Shown one piece after another: positions 22,037 through 33,314 of a stretch of 64,000 nt of DNA. A program made the translations under genes and the position numbers. Source of the DNA: an uncultured archaeon (GTDB taxonomy: Archaea; Thermoproteota; Bathyarchaeia; Bathyarchaeales; Bathycorpusculaceae); NCBI GenBank assembly GCA_963782915.1, contig CAWALK010000022.1, positions 32,001-96,000 of the forward strand, given 5' to 3'. How positions within the stretch are numbered: position 1 is the stretch's first letter; each line of letters starts with the position of its first letter. The notes under the pieces are model-generated. The model was not told the origin of the DNA. It ran no database searches and saw only the letters and a program-made list of their open reading frames with translations.

Positions 22037-22639
22037 CTAAGCGGTGCGTTTTGCTCCACAGTTGGGGCAGAAAGTATCCAACTGATTAAACAATGTCGAG
22101 CAGTATTTGCAGGGGATTTTAACGATAACAACCTCTTTAACCACTTGAACCGGCGCCTGATTAATCACTGGGGCAGGCTGCAAAACCTGAAACTCAAAAG
22201 AGTTAGTCGCCACATCCGGGCGCCCATCCACCGCAACCACACCCTTAATGGTCCAAACCAGCCTCTGACCAACACCACTAAACGTAACCCTCGAGGCAGG
22301 GGGAATCACAATATTAACAGGAAAACTCCGTTGCTCTCCCCTGGTAAAGTGGGTTGCACCACATAACGCCGGCTTAATCGCGTAAAGAGTGGCTGTTTCT
22401 TCTGATTCATGCGGCACCGAACGCCTAAAGTTAGGATCATAAACGTATCTTATAACGCGGGCGGTCTCAACACAATCAACCTCACACCGCACCTCTGTAC
22501 AATCAAAGTCTTCTTGTGCACTAAAAACCAAAGAACCCACCAAGCTGCCGCCCAGAGGAACCGACCAATTATCAAACCGCAACTCAAGGTTACCGTCTGG
22601 CGCAGAGACTTTATCGTGTAACTTTTTAAGGAAATCCAT
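22037..22639 (-). CDS. Arrestin-N/Spo0M-like beta-sandwich protein with C-terminal double zinc ribbon
   Basis: GGSLVGSLVF, GEQRSFPVNIVIP, LVWTIKGVVAVDGRPD and CKYC..CPNCGA. Confidence 0.6.
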   Translation of the reverse strand: MDFLKKLHDKVSAPDGNLELRFDNWSVPLGGSLVGSLVFSAQEDFDCTEVRCEVDCVETARVIRYVYDPNFRRSVPHESEETATLYAIKPALCGATHFTRGEQRSFPVNIVIPPASRVTFSGVGQRLVWTIKGVVAVDGRPDVATNSFEFQVLQPAPVINQAPVQVVKEVVIVKIPCKYCSTLFNQLDTFCPNCGAKRTA

Positions 22640-22777
22640 TTACCCCACCCAATTCAGTGATTTCTGGGGGCTAAAACAATTTAAAGGTAACTACCAGCAA
22701 TAGCGGTATAAGGAATAGTATTAAGTACTAATAGAATCCATAGGGCAACGGTATATAGTCGAAAGAGGTACCTTGCG

Positions 22778-24916
22778 ATGGCTGTTGGTTCTAAAAAAAG
22801 AGATTTTATTTTTAGAATCCCCAAATCTGATCATCGAGAACTTCAAAAATCGCATGGTGGCGAACCTTACAGTGCAGAGGAACATGAGGAATTACTCGAA
22901 GAAATCGCTGAAAGGAAGCTTGATGAAAAATTCCAATCTACCGTTACGGCCATACGGAAAAAAGAAGTTAGAGATCACGGCGCTATGTACTTTGTTATTG
23001 AAATGGATGGGGTAGCGCCAGAGAGTCAAAAGGATAAATTGTTAAAGAAATTGGAAGCTACTGTTCACGATTACATAGATGAGTACCATTCAAAGGCTCT
23101 TATTTCTATTCCTACAAGGCTTGCCAGTAGGTATACTACAAGGAATTTACCCTTAGAGGTTAAGGAGCCCCTGCAGAATATTCGAGAAATAAAAAATGAA
23201 GAACAACTTAGCAAAAGCTTGCTAAAAAATGAAGGCTGGGTAGACTCTGGGAAAAGCATTTTGATACATATAATGCCCAACACGGACGAAGTAACAGCGA
23301 TAAAGTATCTCAACGGAATTGTTCAGTACTTGAAGCAAAAAAACAAGGACATAATCGCTGAAATGAACATCAAGTTGCACTTGTTAGTAGCCGTAATACA
23401 GCGTGCTGAAGCTGATGAACTGCTTAAAAAGGCAAACACAGTTTATAAATTGGAGCCCGTTCCTTCAGCAACAGTCGCAAGTATAATTGGGAAAAAACCC
23501 CGTATCAAAGCTAGGCCGGCTTCAACTTCCTCAGGTGGCAGTGGAAGATTACCTATAACTGGTCTCCCTTGGGTTTGTATACCAGATACAGGCGCAAACC
23601 CAATATCACAAATTTGTAATGTTCTCGAGCGGGATAAGGACATTTACTTCCGAGACACAGATGATAGCGACCCCAAAGGTCATGGTACACCCATTGCCCA
23701 CTTAGTTGCCTTTGGCGAAAACGGCACCTTACCTCGAGCAAGAGTTATTTCCTATAAAATATTTTCGCCTGAGATTAATGATATGGCTCTCGAAGGTATG
23801 GCGAGCGCACTTGAAAAATACTCACAGAACTGTAGGATTTTTAGCTCTTCAGTAACTTTTGATGCAACAGATAACGATAGTTTGTTTGCTTATTCAAAGT
23901 TGGGCCAAATAATTCAGGAAAAAAATGTGTGCTTTGTGGCCCCAGTTGGAAATATCTATGACGAATTAATCGACCGAAGGCGTTATCCGGGCATGCTTGC
24001 CAATTACCCTATTGATTTCCCAGCACAAAACCCTCAAGTCATCGCTGTAAGTTCAATTGCTAAGAAAGTAAAACCTGGCTCAATAGCCCCACCATATTGC
24101 CTATCGCCATTCACTAAAGCCGGAGGAACATTAACCGACATTTTGGATTCGACAAAACCAGATTTAGTGGAACACGGTGGGAATGTTTGCGATAATCTTG
24201 ACTCAACAGGTATTGGTGTGTGCTCCTTCCTCAAAGATGGAAGTCCATGTGACGATATACGCGGTTCAAGCTTTGCGGCACCTTTAGCAGCTGGAAAACT
24301 AGGACAAATCCTAGAGGAGAGTATGGAGAAAGAATTAAGAATGCTGAAACTTTAAAAGCAATATTATTGATGTCATGTGATAGGAAAGGCTTGGCCGGTT
24401 ATGGATATGGATTACCAGGCGCATTTTTAAATGCTGATGAAAACCAAGCGGTATTCATTTACGAAGGAATTATACGATTACCCGATCGTTCACAGGAAAA
24501 AGTTGAAATCGAATATCATGACAAAGTCTCAGTACCAGTACCGGCTGGGGACTGAAACGATTGATATGTGTTTGGTACATTCTGACAATTATATGCTCTC
24601 AAAGCCTTCTTTAAACACCTTCCTGCATGTGAAGGCTTGGAAAAGTGGTCGTCCAAGTTCGCCAATTCATCCAGATAACCGGGATGAACAAGATAAGAAA
24701 ACTAATGTTAAATTTTATAGATGGACCTTTGGGACTAAAAGTATGCAAGCGACTTGGGACTTCCATATTATTCCTGCACCAACGCAGTTTATAGATATTG
24801 CAAATTCACAAAAGACTTTTGTAAGATATGGATGCGTCATACTTTTAAGCTCGTTAGCGAGAAGATTTCGTCCACTTACTGACGACGTGTGGGCGGAGAT
24901 GAACAGGTGGAAATAA
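22778..24916 (+). CDS. S8 subtilisin-like serine protease (Y4bN/IteS-like, no signal peptide); frameshifts near 24318 and 24548
   Basis: Catalytic Asp CIPDTG, His GHGTPIA, oxyanion APVGN, KPDLVEHGGN and Ser GSSFAAP; the next frame continues AETLKAILL..GYGYGLP. Confidence 0.85.
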
Positions 24917-24921
24917 AGCAA

Positions 24922-25512
24922 ATGAGTAATGCAATTACATTAAGAAAATCATGCAAAGCAATGGGTAAATATGAAGCACCTTTAATCTCCAACCTCTGTA
25001 ACCATTTCGTTTCTTCTGGATTCAGTGCTTTTCCCCACGTTAGGCTTAATGTTGCATGGAGCTCAGCACTTTCGGATATTGACGCATTACTAATAAGAGA
25101 CCAAACAGTCGTTGCAATCGAGGTTAAATCCCGCCAAGACAACTTCTCAAGAGCAGAATACCAACTTGAGCGTCTCCGTGATTTTGTCGATTACTCCTAC
25201 ATAGCTGCGGAAAAAATACCGCACAATTTCTCAAATGAACGCTTTGGCCTTCTATTGCTTAATAATGGGAGCATTAGTGTCATAAAAAAAGCACCTACCC
25301 TAAAGTACAAACCAAGAATTGAGTCTTTAATGGCGCTGCCTAGAAAATGTCTTGTTGGTTTCTTAGGACCTTCATGCCCCAGCAGGCTCACAAAAAACGA
25401 ACTGGCTAGAGGAATTGCAAGCACTATCGATGATGACACAATCAAGAAGCGAATGAAAGCAATAGTCTTATGTTCTGGCTGCACTGGTAAAAAATGTGGA
25501 TTAATAATTTAA
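24922..25512 (+). CDS. PD-(D/E)XK nuclease-like protein (sce7726/MmcB-like) with C-terminal Cys cluster
   Basis: DIDALL...AIEVKSRQDNFSRAEYQL...FVDYSYIA...GLL; C-terminal CSGCTGKKC. Confidence 0.7.
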   Translation: MSNAITLRKSCKAMGKYEAPLISNLCNHFVSSGFSAFPHVRLNVAWSSALSDIDALLIRDQTVVAIEVKSRQDNFSRAEYQLERLRDFVDYSYIAAEKIPHNFSNERFGLLLLNNGSISVIKKAPTLKYKPRIESLMALPRKCLVGFLGPSCPSRLTKNELARGIASTIDDDTIKKRMKAIVLCSGCTGKKCGLII

Positions 25513-25550
25513 TATATTTTCAAAAATCAAGTAGACAGAGGAGATTGCGG

Positions 25551-26953
25551 TTACATGTTGAGGATTTTAACCGCTTTCTGTGCCGCTCGTTTGTAGCTTT
25601 TCTTGGTTATCATGCCTTTCTGTATGCCGTTGAGTAGTTGCAGTATCATGCCTTGTTTGACGTGTTCGACCATCTGTTGTTCGGTGATGCCGGGGAGGCG
25701 CATGCAGTTGCCGATTTTAACGTTGTGAGTGGCGATGCCGTATTTTTGGGCTATGTGGTAGAGTTTGCTGCCGATGATTGGGTTAGTGATTGACCACGAA
25801 ATGTATTCGATGAGGTTGTCTCTTAGGCAGTTTTTGGCGAATTCCAGCGTGTTGTTGACTTCTTCGGGGGGTTCGTATTCGAGTTTGCCGTTGGTTTCCC
25901 AGGCGTTGTAGAGCATGAGGAACCCGTAGACTTTGATGCCGTATTTCTTTAGCAATTCGAGTGTGCGTACGTTGTCTGCTTGGGATGCGTTTTTGCCGAT
26001 GCCTTTGAGCACGCGGTCGTTGGCTGATTCCAAACCGATGTGGACAAGCCAAACGTTGACGTCACGGAGTTTCTGCGCTAATTCATCGTTGAGTTTGTCC
26101 GCTCTTAGGTTGCATTGGAAAGTCATGCCCTTGAGGTTCAGCTTTTGGATTTCGTCCAGTGTTTCGAGGCACCATTTAATATCCACGTTAAACGTGTCTG
26201 AACGCAGATAGATTTCCCTGACACCCCTGTCATAGAGGTAGTTTACTTCTTCAGCTATGTTCTTTGGTGAACGCTGGCGTATCCAGGGCTTCTCCAGCTT
26301 CCAAACTGGGTTGCTGCAGTAAGTGCAGTAGTTTGGGCAGCCGCGAATAGGAATAAATATGCCAGGCGTTTTTTTCTGCTTACGGCGGCATCATAGTTTT
26401 CGAAGTCGATTAGTTCCCAGGCGGGGAAGAAGTCGATGTCTTTTAGCAGGGGTCTTATGCCGTTGTTTTTTTGCTTGTTAACAGTGCCGACTATGTCGGT
26501 GATTGGTTGGTTGGCTTGGACTTTTTTGAGTAATTCACAGGTGGTTTCTTCGCCCTCGCCCACAATGCAAACTTCGACGGGGGTGTTGTTGAGGACATCT
26601 TGGGGGTCAATGGTGGGGTGTGCTCCGCCTGCAACCATTAGCATATCCAAACCCAACGCTTTGACTTTCGCTATAGTCTCAAACGACAAGTCTCTTCTCG
26701 GGGTTGTGAAAGAGATTGCGTAAACATCAGGCTCAATCGCCTTGACCTTCGCAAGATGCTCTTCGAGTGAGAGGAAGGGTTCGAGATAAGTAAATTCCAC
26801 ATCAGGCAACCGCGGCTTAGCGTAGCCGATGAGGTATAGGATTCCTAGGTTCGGTGATTCAGTTACGGCTTCCCCTTTCGATTCCAATCCAAACGGTGGA
26901 TCCGCAAAAACAACTCTAAGCTTCTTTGTGTTGGGTGCCATGTGTTTTGTCAC
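25551..26953 (-). CDS. B12-binding radical SAM protein, frameshifted near 26345
   Basis: NLGILYL, GGAHPT and VGEGE; RGCPNYCTYC (CxxxCxxC) in the shifted frame; IGLESAND. Confidence 0.88.
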
Positions 26954-27013
26954 CGAAATGCCATCCCACTACAACTTTCCACTCATGCGTATATATTTTG
27001 CTGCACCCAGCCC

Positions 27014-27619
27014 CTATGCTCGCCTTGGGGGTTCGATCTCTCGCTGAATCAGCATCACATCATAAACCTTCGGTTCCCGTAGCACTCTGAATTTCTGGAG
27101 GTTAACCCCATTTCCAATGTTAGTTCCGCCAACTTTATTTTTCAACCATTCAGAAACACATAGCTTCCTTAGTGGCAAAGAATATGTAAATTTTGCCCTC
27201 TCTACGCGCTGGGTATCCTTAAAAAACCAGGGTTCATAATGCTGTACCAGATAAAACCCCTTACCTTTATTGCTGTAATAAGTGGGAAAAGCAGTAAAAC
27301 AAAAAGTAGCAACATTAATATCACAATTGGGAATCTCACCCATTATACGCCTCTCTCTATCCTCAAGATGGCCGTATCCATATTTGGCTAAGTATCTTCC
27401 AAAATATTTTCTTTCAAACCTATCTGTAAAGCTGAAAGGTACGTTTGGTACATTAATAATTTCAGCTTTCACATCTGGAAACCAATCGTAAACACTTTCG
27501 TCTCCAAGATGCGTAATTGTAACTTTATGGTTAAGTTTTACAAGACCGTTTGACAGCTCAAAAATAAATCGGGTACCACCAGAAAGATTCAGCCCTAAAC
27601 TGTTAAAGTTAATGTGCAT
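27014..27619 (-). pseudogene. N-terminal half of a GT-B glycosyltransferase (WsaF/GT4-like), apparently truncated
   Basis: SGGTRFIFELSNGL, YLVQHYEPWF, CVSEWLK and GNGVN motifs. The ORF ends before the C-terminal Rossmann domain, and there is no room for it before the next gene. Confidence 0.6.
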
Positions 27620-27792
27620 TATACCCGACCTAGGCTATTACTGGAAGGCCCAAGATTTATTTAAGTTGCCGTAATTACCCTCAAAACAGTCAGCAATATT
27701 ATAGCTCGATAACGATATGCAGAGCAGGTTACTAACTAAAATAACGAAATCTTTGATTAGCACTCAAACTAAACTGTAGAGGTGGCGATAAA

Positions 27793-28926
27793 GTGGCGAA
27801 ATTCCTAATAGTTCACCCATACCTTGACATCTATGGCGGCGGAGAAAGAGTCTGCCATAACGTAATCAAAACTCTAGTTAACCATGGACAAAAAGTGGAA
27901 TTGTTAACTTTTGACTTTGACCCAAGCAGATATCGCGACATCGTAGGTGAAGATTTCCCAAAGCAAGTGAGGTTCATTCTTTGGGAAAACGCACAGAAGA
28001 AAAGCCACCCTTTACAATCTATAAGCGACACCGCAACTTCGTCAAATTACTTAAAAAGTACCGAGGACAAGCTAGAATACGATTATCTCTTCTCCACACA
28101 ATCCTCCTCACCATTCGAACCAGTATTTTTGAATAAAGCCAAAAAGAATTTTGCCTATGTACATTTTCCAGAAATCCACTTTGACTATGCCAAAGGGACC
28201 TTCAAGAGGAAGCTTTACCTGTGGCTGTTTAAGCATTGGGTTGAGCAGGGCATCGACAAACTCGATATGGTTTTTTGCAACAGCAACTACACCAAAGAAG
28301 CCATGCTAAAACTCTGGAAAAGCCATGGAGTAAAAGACCCCATCGTAGTTTATCCTCCTGTTAATTTGGATAAGTTTTGGTGTGATAAGCCCTTGACGCA
28401 GCGGCGTAAGAGGGTTGTTTATGTAGCTCGGTTCATTCCAGTGAAGCGACACGAGATATTAAAGCGGTTAGCGGTGGACCTGCCCGATTGTGAGTTTGTA
28501 AGTGTAGGTGGCTTGATTGATGCAGAAAAAGCATGGTTTAACCGATTCCAAGAAAACCTTCCGCCCAATTATGGCTTAAAAACAAACCTGCCTGGACCTG
28601 AGCTGCTAAAGATACTGCAGGACTCCCGAATCTACGTTCACTTAATGCAGGGTGAACATTTCGGCATTGCCCCAGTCGAGGGATTAGCAAGCGGATGCGT
28701 CACGTTGGTCCATAACAGCGGCGGCATGAAGGAATTTATCCCGGAAGAATTCCGTTGGGAAACATATGACGACTTGAAAGCGAAAATACAAAGTTACATA
28801 CAAGACGACTATGGCAACACCAAATGGGGAAGCAAACGGGAAGAGTTATGGAGCAAAATCAAAGCAGTGGATCCACAAGCATTCGAGCAGAAAATATGGA
28901 GCAACATCGAGACAGCCCTTGAATAA
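27793..28926 (+). CDS. GT4 glycosyltransferase, ALG11-like (paralog 1)
   Basis: HPYLDIYGGGERV, YVHFP, NSNYT, VVYPPV, EHFGIAPVE and HNSGG motifs. Confidence 0.88.
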   Translation: MAKFLIVHPYLDIYGGGERVCHNVIKTLVNHGQKVELLTFDFDPSRYRDIVGEDFPKQVRFILWENAQKKSHPLQSISDTATSSNYLKSTEDKLEYDYLFSTQSSSPFEPVFLNKAKKNFAYVHFPEIHFDYAKGTFKRKLYLWLFKHWVEQGIDKLDMVFCNSNYTKEAMLKLWKSHGVKDPIVVYPPVNLDKFWCDKPLTQRRKRVVYVARFIPVKRHEILKRLAVDLPDCEFVSVGGLIDAEKAWFNRFQENLPPNYGLKTNLPGPELLKILQDSRIYVHLMQGEHFGIAPVEGLASGCVTLVHNSGGMKEFIPEEFRWETYDDLKAKIQSYIQDDYGNTKWGSKREELWSKIKAVDPQAFEQKIWSNIETALE

Positions 28927-29032
28927 TCGTCTTTAAGTTGCGCTCACACATTTTATATGCTCTTTTACCTCATTAGGGCAATAGTATGCATATTTTAAGA
29001 GGCAAAACCCCAGAAATGAAGGGGATGAACGG

Positions 29033-29909
29033 ATGAAAGCATATGGAATAGTCATTGCTACTCACATGCCCCCCGAAAGCTTTTTTGAGACCATAGAGAA
29101 ACTCTCAGCCACCCCTAATCTGAGAGTTACATAGTAGATACCTCTGACACTGCTACCTCACAAAAAATAAAAAAACACATCCAAAATCTAAACGCCAAAA
29201 CAAACCAATCTCCACCAAATATGGGATATTATAAAATTTCAAAACGCCGGCATCGGCTACACATACAACTTTGGAATAAAAAAACCAATAGCCGACAACT
29301 GCGAGTTAATCACCCTCTTCACCGACGACGTAAGAGTACTAAACAAGGGATTACCCTTGGAGAATATCCGCAAGTTTTTTGAAGCAAACTGCAAACCATC
29401 AAAAGATGCTCTCGTGCTACCTCAGAATCCAGCCGAAATCTTGATGAAGAAAGAGAGAGCAGCGGATTCTGGCTTAACCTTCTCAGCGCAACTGTTTAAA
29501 AAAATCAGGTTTAGAGAAGAGTTCATTTTGGATCAAATCGACTTTGACTTTTCGAGGCAAATTCGACGGAGTGGCGGTAAATTTGTTGTTTACCCCGAAG
29601 TAGTGATTGATGTTTTGCCGATAGGAGGAGAGGTTCAGAAGGGGGAGCATGTGCTGCCTTTTTGGCGGTTGTATTTGTTAACGAGGAATTCTATTACGAT
29701 GAGTTTGGAAAGTGATACAAAGCTTAAGGATTTGAGGGATGAGGCTTTTTCTCAGATACTGCAGTGGGGCTTGTCTGGTTTTAGGTCTGGGCAGAGCATA
29801 TTTTTGGTTTTAAAGCGTATTTTTTGGTTGCGTCGATGGTTTTACTAAGCATTTAGGTGTTACTGCTTTTTTGCAGAATCTGTCCGGTAACAGGTTTAGC
29901 AAGCATTAG
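29033..29909 (+). CDS. GT2 (rhamnosyltransferase-like) glycosyltransferase, multiply frameshifted
   Basis: MKAYGIVIAT..., LFTDD, FREEFILDQIDFDFS and RLYLLTRN motifs. Confidence 0.6.
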
Positions 29910-30096
29910 GGTGCAACTTTCACTGGAATTAACAGTTACCAATTTTTTACCGTCAACTTTTTCCATGCGTTAAGCTTCAAAAGCAGACCCTGAGCTAAAG
30001 CCCCTGCTTTGCAATAACTTTAAATCAAAAATAACCTTTACACCTAAAGGGGCGCAGGTACTTCGCCTGACAAAAGAAAAATTAGCCCACCAAATA

Positions 30097-31627
30097 ATGG
30101 TGTTTAGAGGGGAAAAGTTGGTAAATATTAAAAGAAAATTTCGCTTTCTGCCTAACTTAAAGTTGGCAAATACCCAGAATCCTACTGATGATGCAAGCAA
30201 AAGAGGCGTCTCCAAAGGCGGCAGTGGCAAACATTTTAGCAAAAAAGGAAAAGCTACAATTGGAGTTGTACTTATTGCGGTAGTTTTGGTTTCCTGTTTT
30301 GTATTCTACCCAAAGGCGAATACAACTGCACCGCCAATAAATAATGATCCGACTGCTTCACCAAATGCCACTCTTGAAGCAACTACAACTACCAACCCTA
30401 CCGCTACCCTAAACAATCCCACTCCTAGACCGTCTACACCACCCCAACCCATTCCTCAGCCAATCATCCCCCTTGATGAGAGTCACAAACTCATAAAAAA
30501 CAACAACCTGACCAAAGAAACATGGAAAAGAGTAGGAGAGTACGCTTGGGCCTATTTCCAACCTGGATCAGGAGTTGATTCAAATACAGGACTCCCAGGA
30601 TCAGGCCCATGGTGCCCGTTCTTTACTGATTGGGACTTAGGAGTATATGTCCAAGCTGTCCTTGATGCACAGGCAATAGATTTGATTGGTACAGGTGGAC
30701 CATGGGGAGCTAACGACCGCCTCGAAAAAGTAGTTACTTTCCTTGAGAACCGCGAACTTAACGCAACCACCCATTACCCATACTGGTTCTATCAAGGTAA
30801 CGGCGAAAACTACGCATCAGAATCCGACAAAGCCACAGATGTAGTCAATGTATGCTGATACTGGTCGATTATTCGTCGCACTCAACAATACCAGAACCTA
30901 CGCAGCAAAAAATGACCCCACCTTAGTCACCCGTATAAACAACGTAGTTTACAATACATACGGTAACAGGTCTAACTATGCCGCTTTAGTGCCAAGCTTG
31001 AAAGCTGAAAGCACCTACTCAACCAACATCTACGCGTACTACATAATCGCCGGCTTCGCTGGTTTCTGGCCTAAAGAACTCGCCGACGCACAAACTTCAA
31101 TTATAAATAACATGATGAACTCAGGCACCGTAACTACCCCAGAAAACGTAACCTTACCAAAAGGCAGACTTACAGGCGACCCACTATTCGGCGCAATATT
31201 TGACCTCACCAACAACCCACCACAATTGACAACGATTGCAAAACAAGTGTACCTCGCACATGAAGCCTACACCAACAGTACGGGTATGTATCGAGCGTTT
31301 AGTGAAGGACCAACAGGATCCACTGAATGGGCTTATGAATGGGTAGTGTATGATAACCAAACATGGGTTGTGCGAACAGGAGACGGAGACTACAACATAA
31401 CGCCCATAATCTACACCAAGATAGCATTCAGTTTCTTAGCTGTCTACAATTCAACCTACGCTAGAAACATGGTAATTTTCCTTGAAGATAGACTCGAAAA
31501 ACCCGACAGGGGATACTACAACGGCATCAACGAAGCTGGATCAGCACTTATAGATTCAGGCATACATACTGACGGCTTAATTTTGGGCGCCTGCAAATAT
31601 GCTATTCAGCATTACCCCAGCCCCTAA
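30097..31627 (+). CDS. Membrane-anchored DUF3131-like protein (putative alpha/alpha-barrel glycoside hydrolase), frameshifted near 30848
   Basis: TM anchor, Pro/Thr linker, AWAYF..TGLP..TDWDLGVY, DTGRLFVAL, AFSEGP, TKIAF and GYYNG. Confidence 0.7.
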
Positions 31628-31737
31628 TTTTTTAGGGGCACTCTTTAGCTACGCAAGCGTTTTTTCCAAGTTTTTTGCACTGGAAAGGGTTTATAATATA
31701 AACAGCGTTTCAGTTACGCTTGGCAAAAGAAGAAGCA

Positions 31738-33240
31738 ATGATAAAACTAAGAATCGACGTTGACTACCCTTACCCTTCAAGAGCTAAAAGCTTCCTATAC
31801 GTAGCCTTGCGAATTAAAAATGGAAAAAACAAAGATTACCTCAGAAACGCCGCGTCATAGCACAGATGGTTAATGAATCGACAACCATGTTATGGCTTAT
31901 TGGTTTTTCACTCCATACACTATCCCAGACAAAGGCTACTTGACCTGTTAGACCCAAACAAGCATGAAGATCGCCCTCCACGTAGCAAATAAGCCCATCG
32001 AAAGAATGGAAAACCCTGGAGAACGAAACCAGACCGCAAAATCAAAGTACTACACTATCCATGGTACACAGCGGCGATTTGCCCAGATTATTGTGGGGCC
32101 GTAAACATAGGCCAATCCCAAGCTAGTCATTCCAAGCGGATTTTCCTTTAACATCCTTTCATGACTTTACAACTATGAGTTTAGATAGGGAACGTTATCT
32201 TCGGGGGTGCCAAGAATGTTTGGAAGCAATCCAGAATTGGCTTGAACAAGAAGTTGTTATGTCGATTCATCCGGAATGGCTTTTTGAAAGCACTAAAAAG
32301 ACCCAGAGGGGACCATACTACGATGTATTGAAGAAGATCCTTAAAGTGGATTCAGAACTTGACACGATAAGCACACGGAAGGCAATCTCGGTGTCAGAAT
32401 TGCCCGAGACTACAGGGAATACTACAAAAACATCAATCCAACCGATGATTTGCTGTTTAAACTCGCAACTTAGAAATGTGGATATATTCACGTTTATCGA
32501 GCGCAAATGGTGCTGCCCCATCTCCAATCCACCAAGTAACATGGGTAAAAACAGACGACAACATCGGCCTACTAGAAATCAAGGACTATGAGACTTGGTG
32601 GAGCGCCATCGGCAAAAAAACACGTAACATGGTGCGCAAAGCTGAGAAGGACGGCGTAAAGGTTTCAGTTGTCACTCAGAGTGACAAGTTAGCTGAAGGG
32701 ATATTCAATATTTATCATGAAACCCCGATTCGCCAAGGCCGTGCTTTTCCACATTACGGCGAATCACTCGAACTAGTCGCCGCCAACATGTATGCAGAGA
32801 AAAACTCCACATTCATCGGCGCATACATCGGAGAAGAACTTGTGGGATTCATACAGATACTTCACGGCGACAACATCGCAATACTCTCTAATATCCTGTC
32901 GATGCAGAAGCATTGGGACAAATCCGTAAACAACGCACTCTTAGCTAAAGCCGTTGAATTCTGTGCATCCAAGGGTGAGCGGTGGCTAATGTATGGACGC
33001 ATAGGCAACCATCCCTCGCTTGATAAATTTAAGGATAATAATGGGTTTGTCAAGTATCCAATAACCCGCTACTATGTACCCATCACATCCAAAGGCAAAC
33101 TAGCAATTAAGCTGGGTTTGCATAGGGAACTCAAAGATGCCCTGCCGGATTCAATCAAGTATCCGCTTCTGCCAGCGGTAAATTGGGTAAGCCGAACAAA
33201 AACTAAAACAAAAATGGCTCTAAGAAAAACCCGAAGCTAA
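31738..33240 (+). CDS. Probable fusion of a polysaccharide-deacetylase-like domain and a GNAT (FemAB-like) domain; heavily frameshifted
   Basis: ATG 31738 MIKLRIDVDYPYP, E.ALHV, TIHG and SIHPEW, followed by KKTRNMVRKAEK, FIGAYIGEELVGF and SLDKFK..NGF. Confidence 0.55.
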
Positions 33241-33314
33241 CAGCGGATTGTCCTTGATAGGGAAATCTTGATTAGCCGAAAAAAAGAATAGTGTGACTAA
33301 TTGGTTGGCACTTT

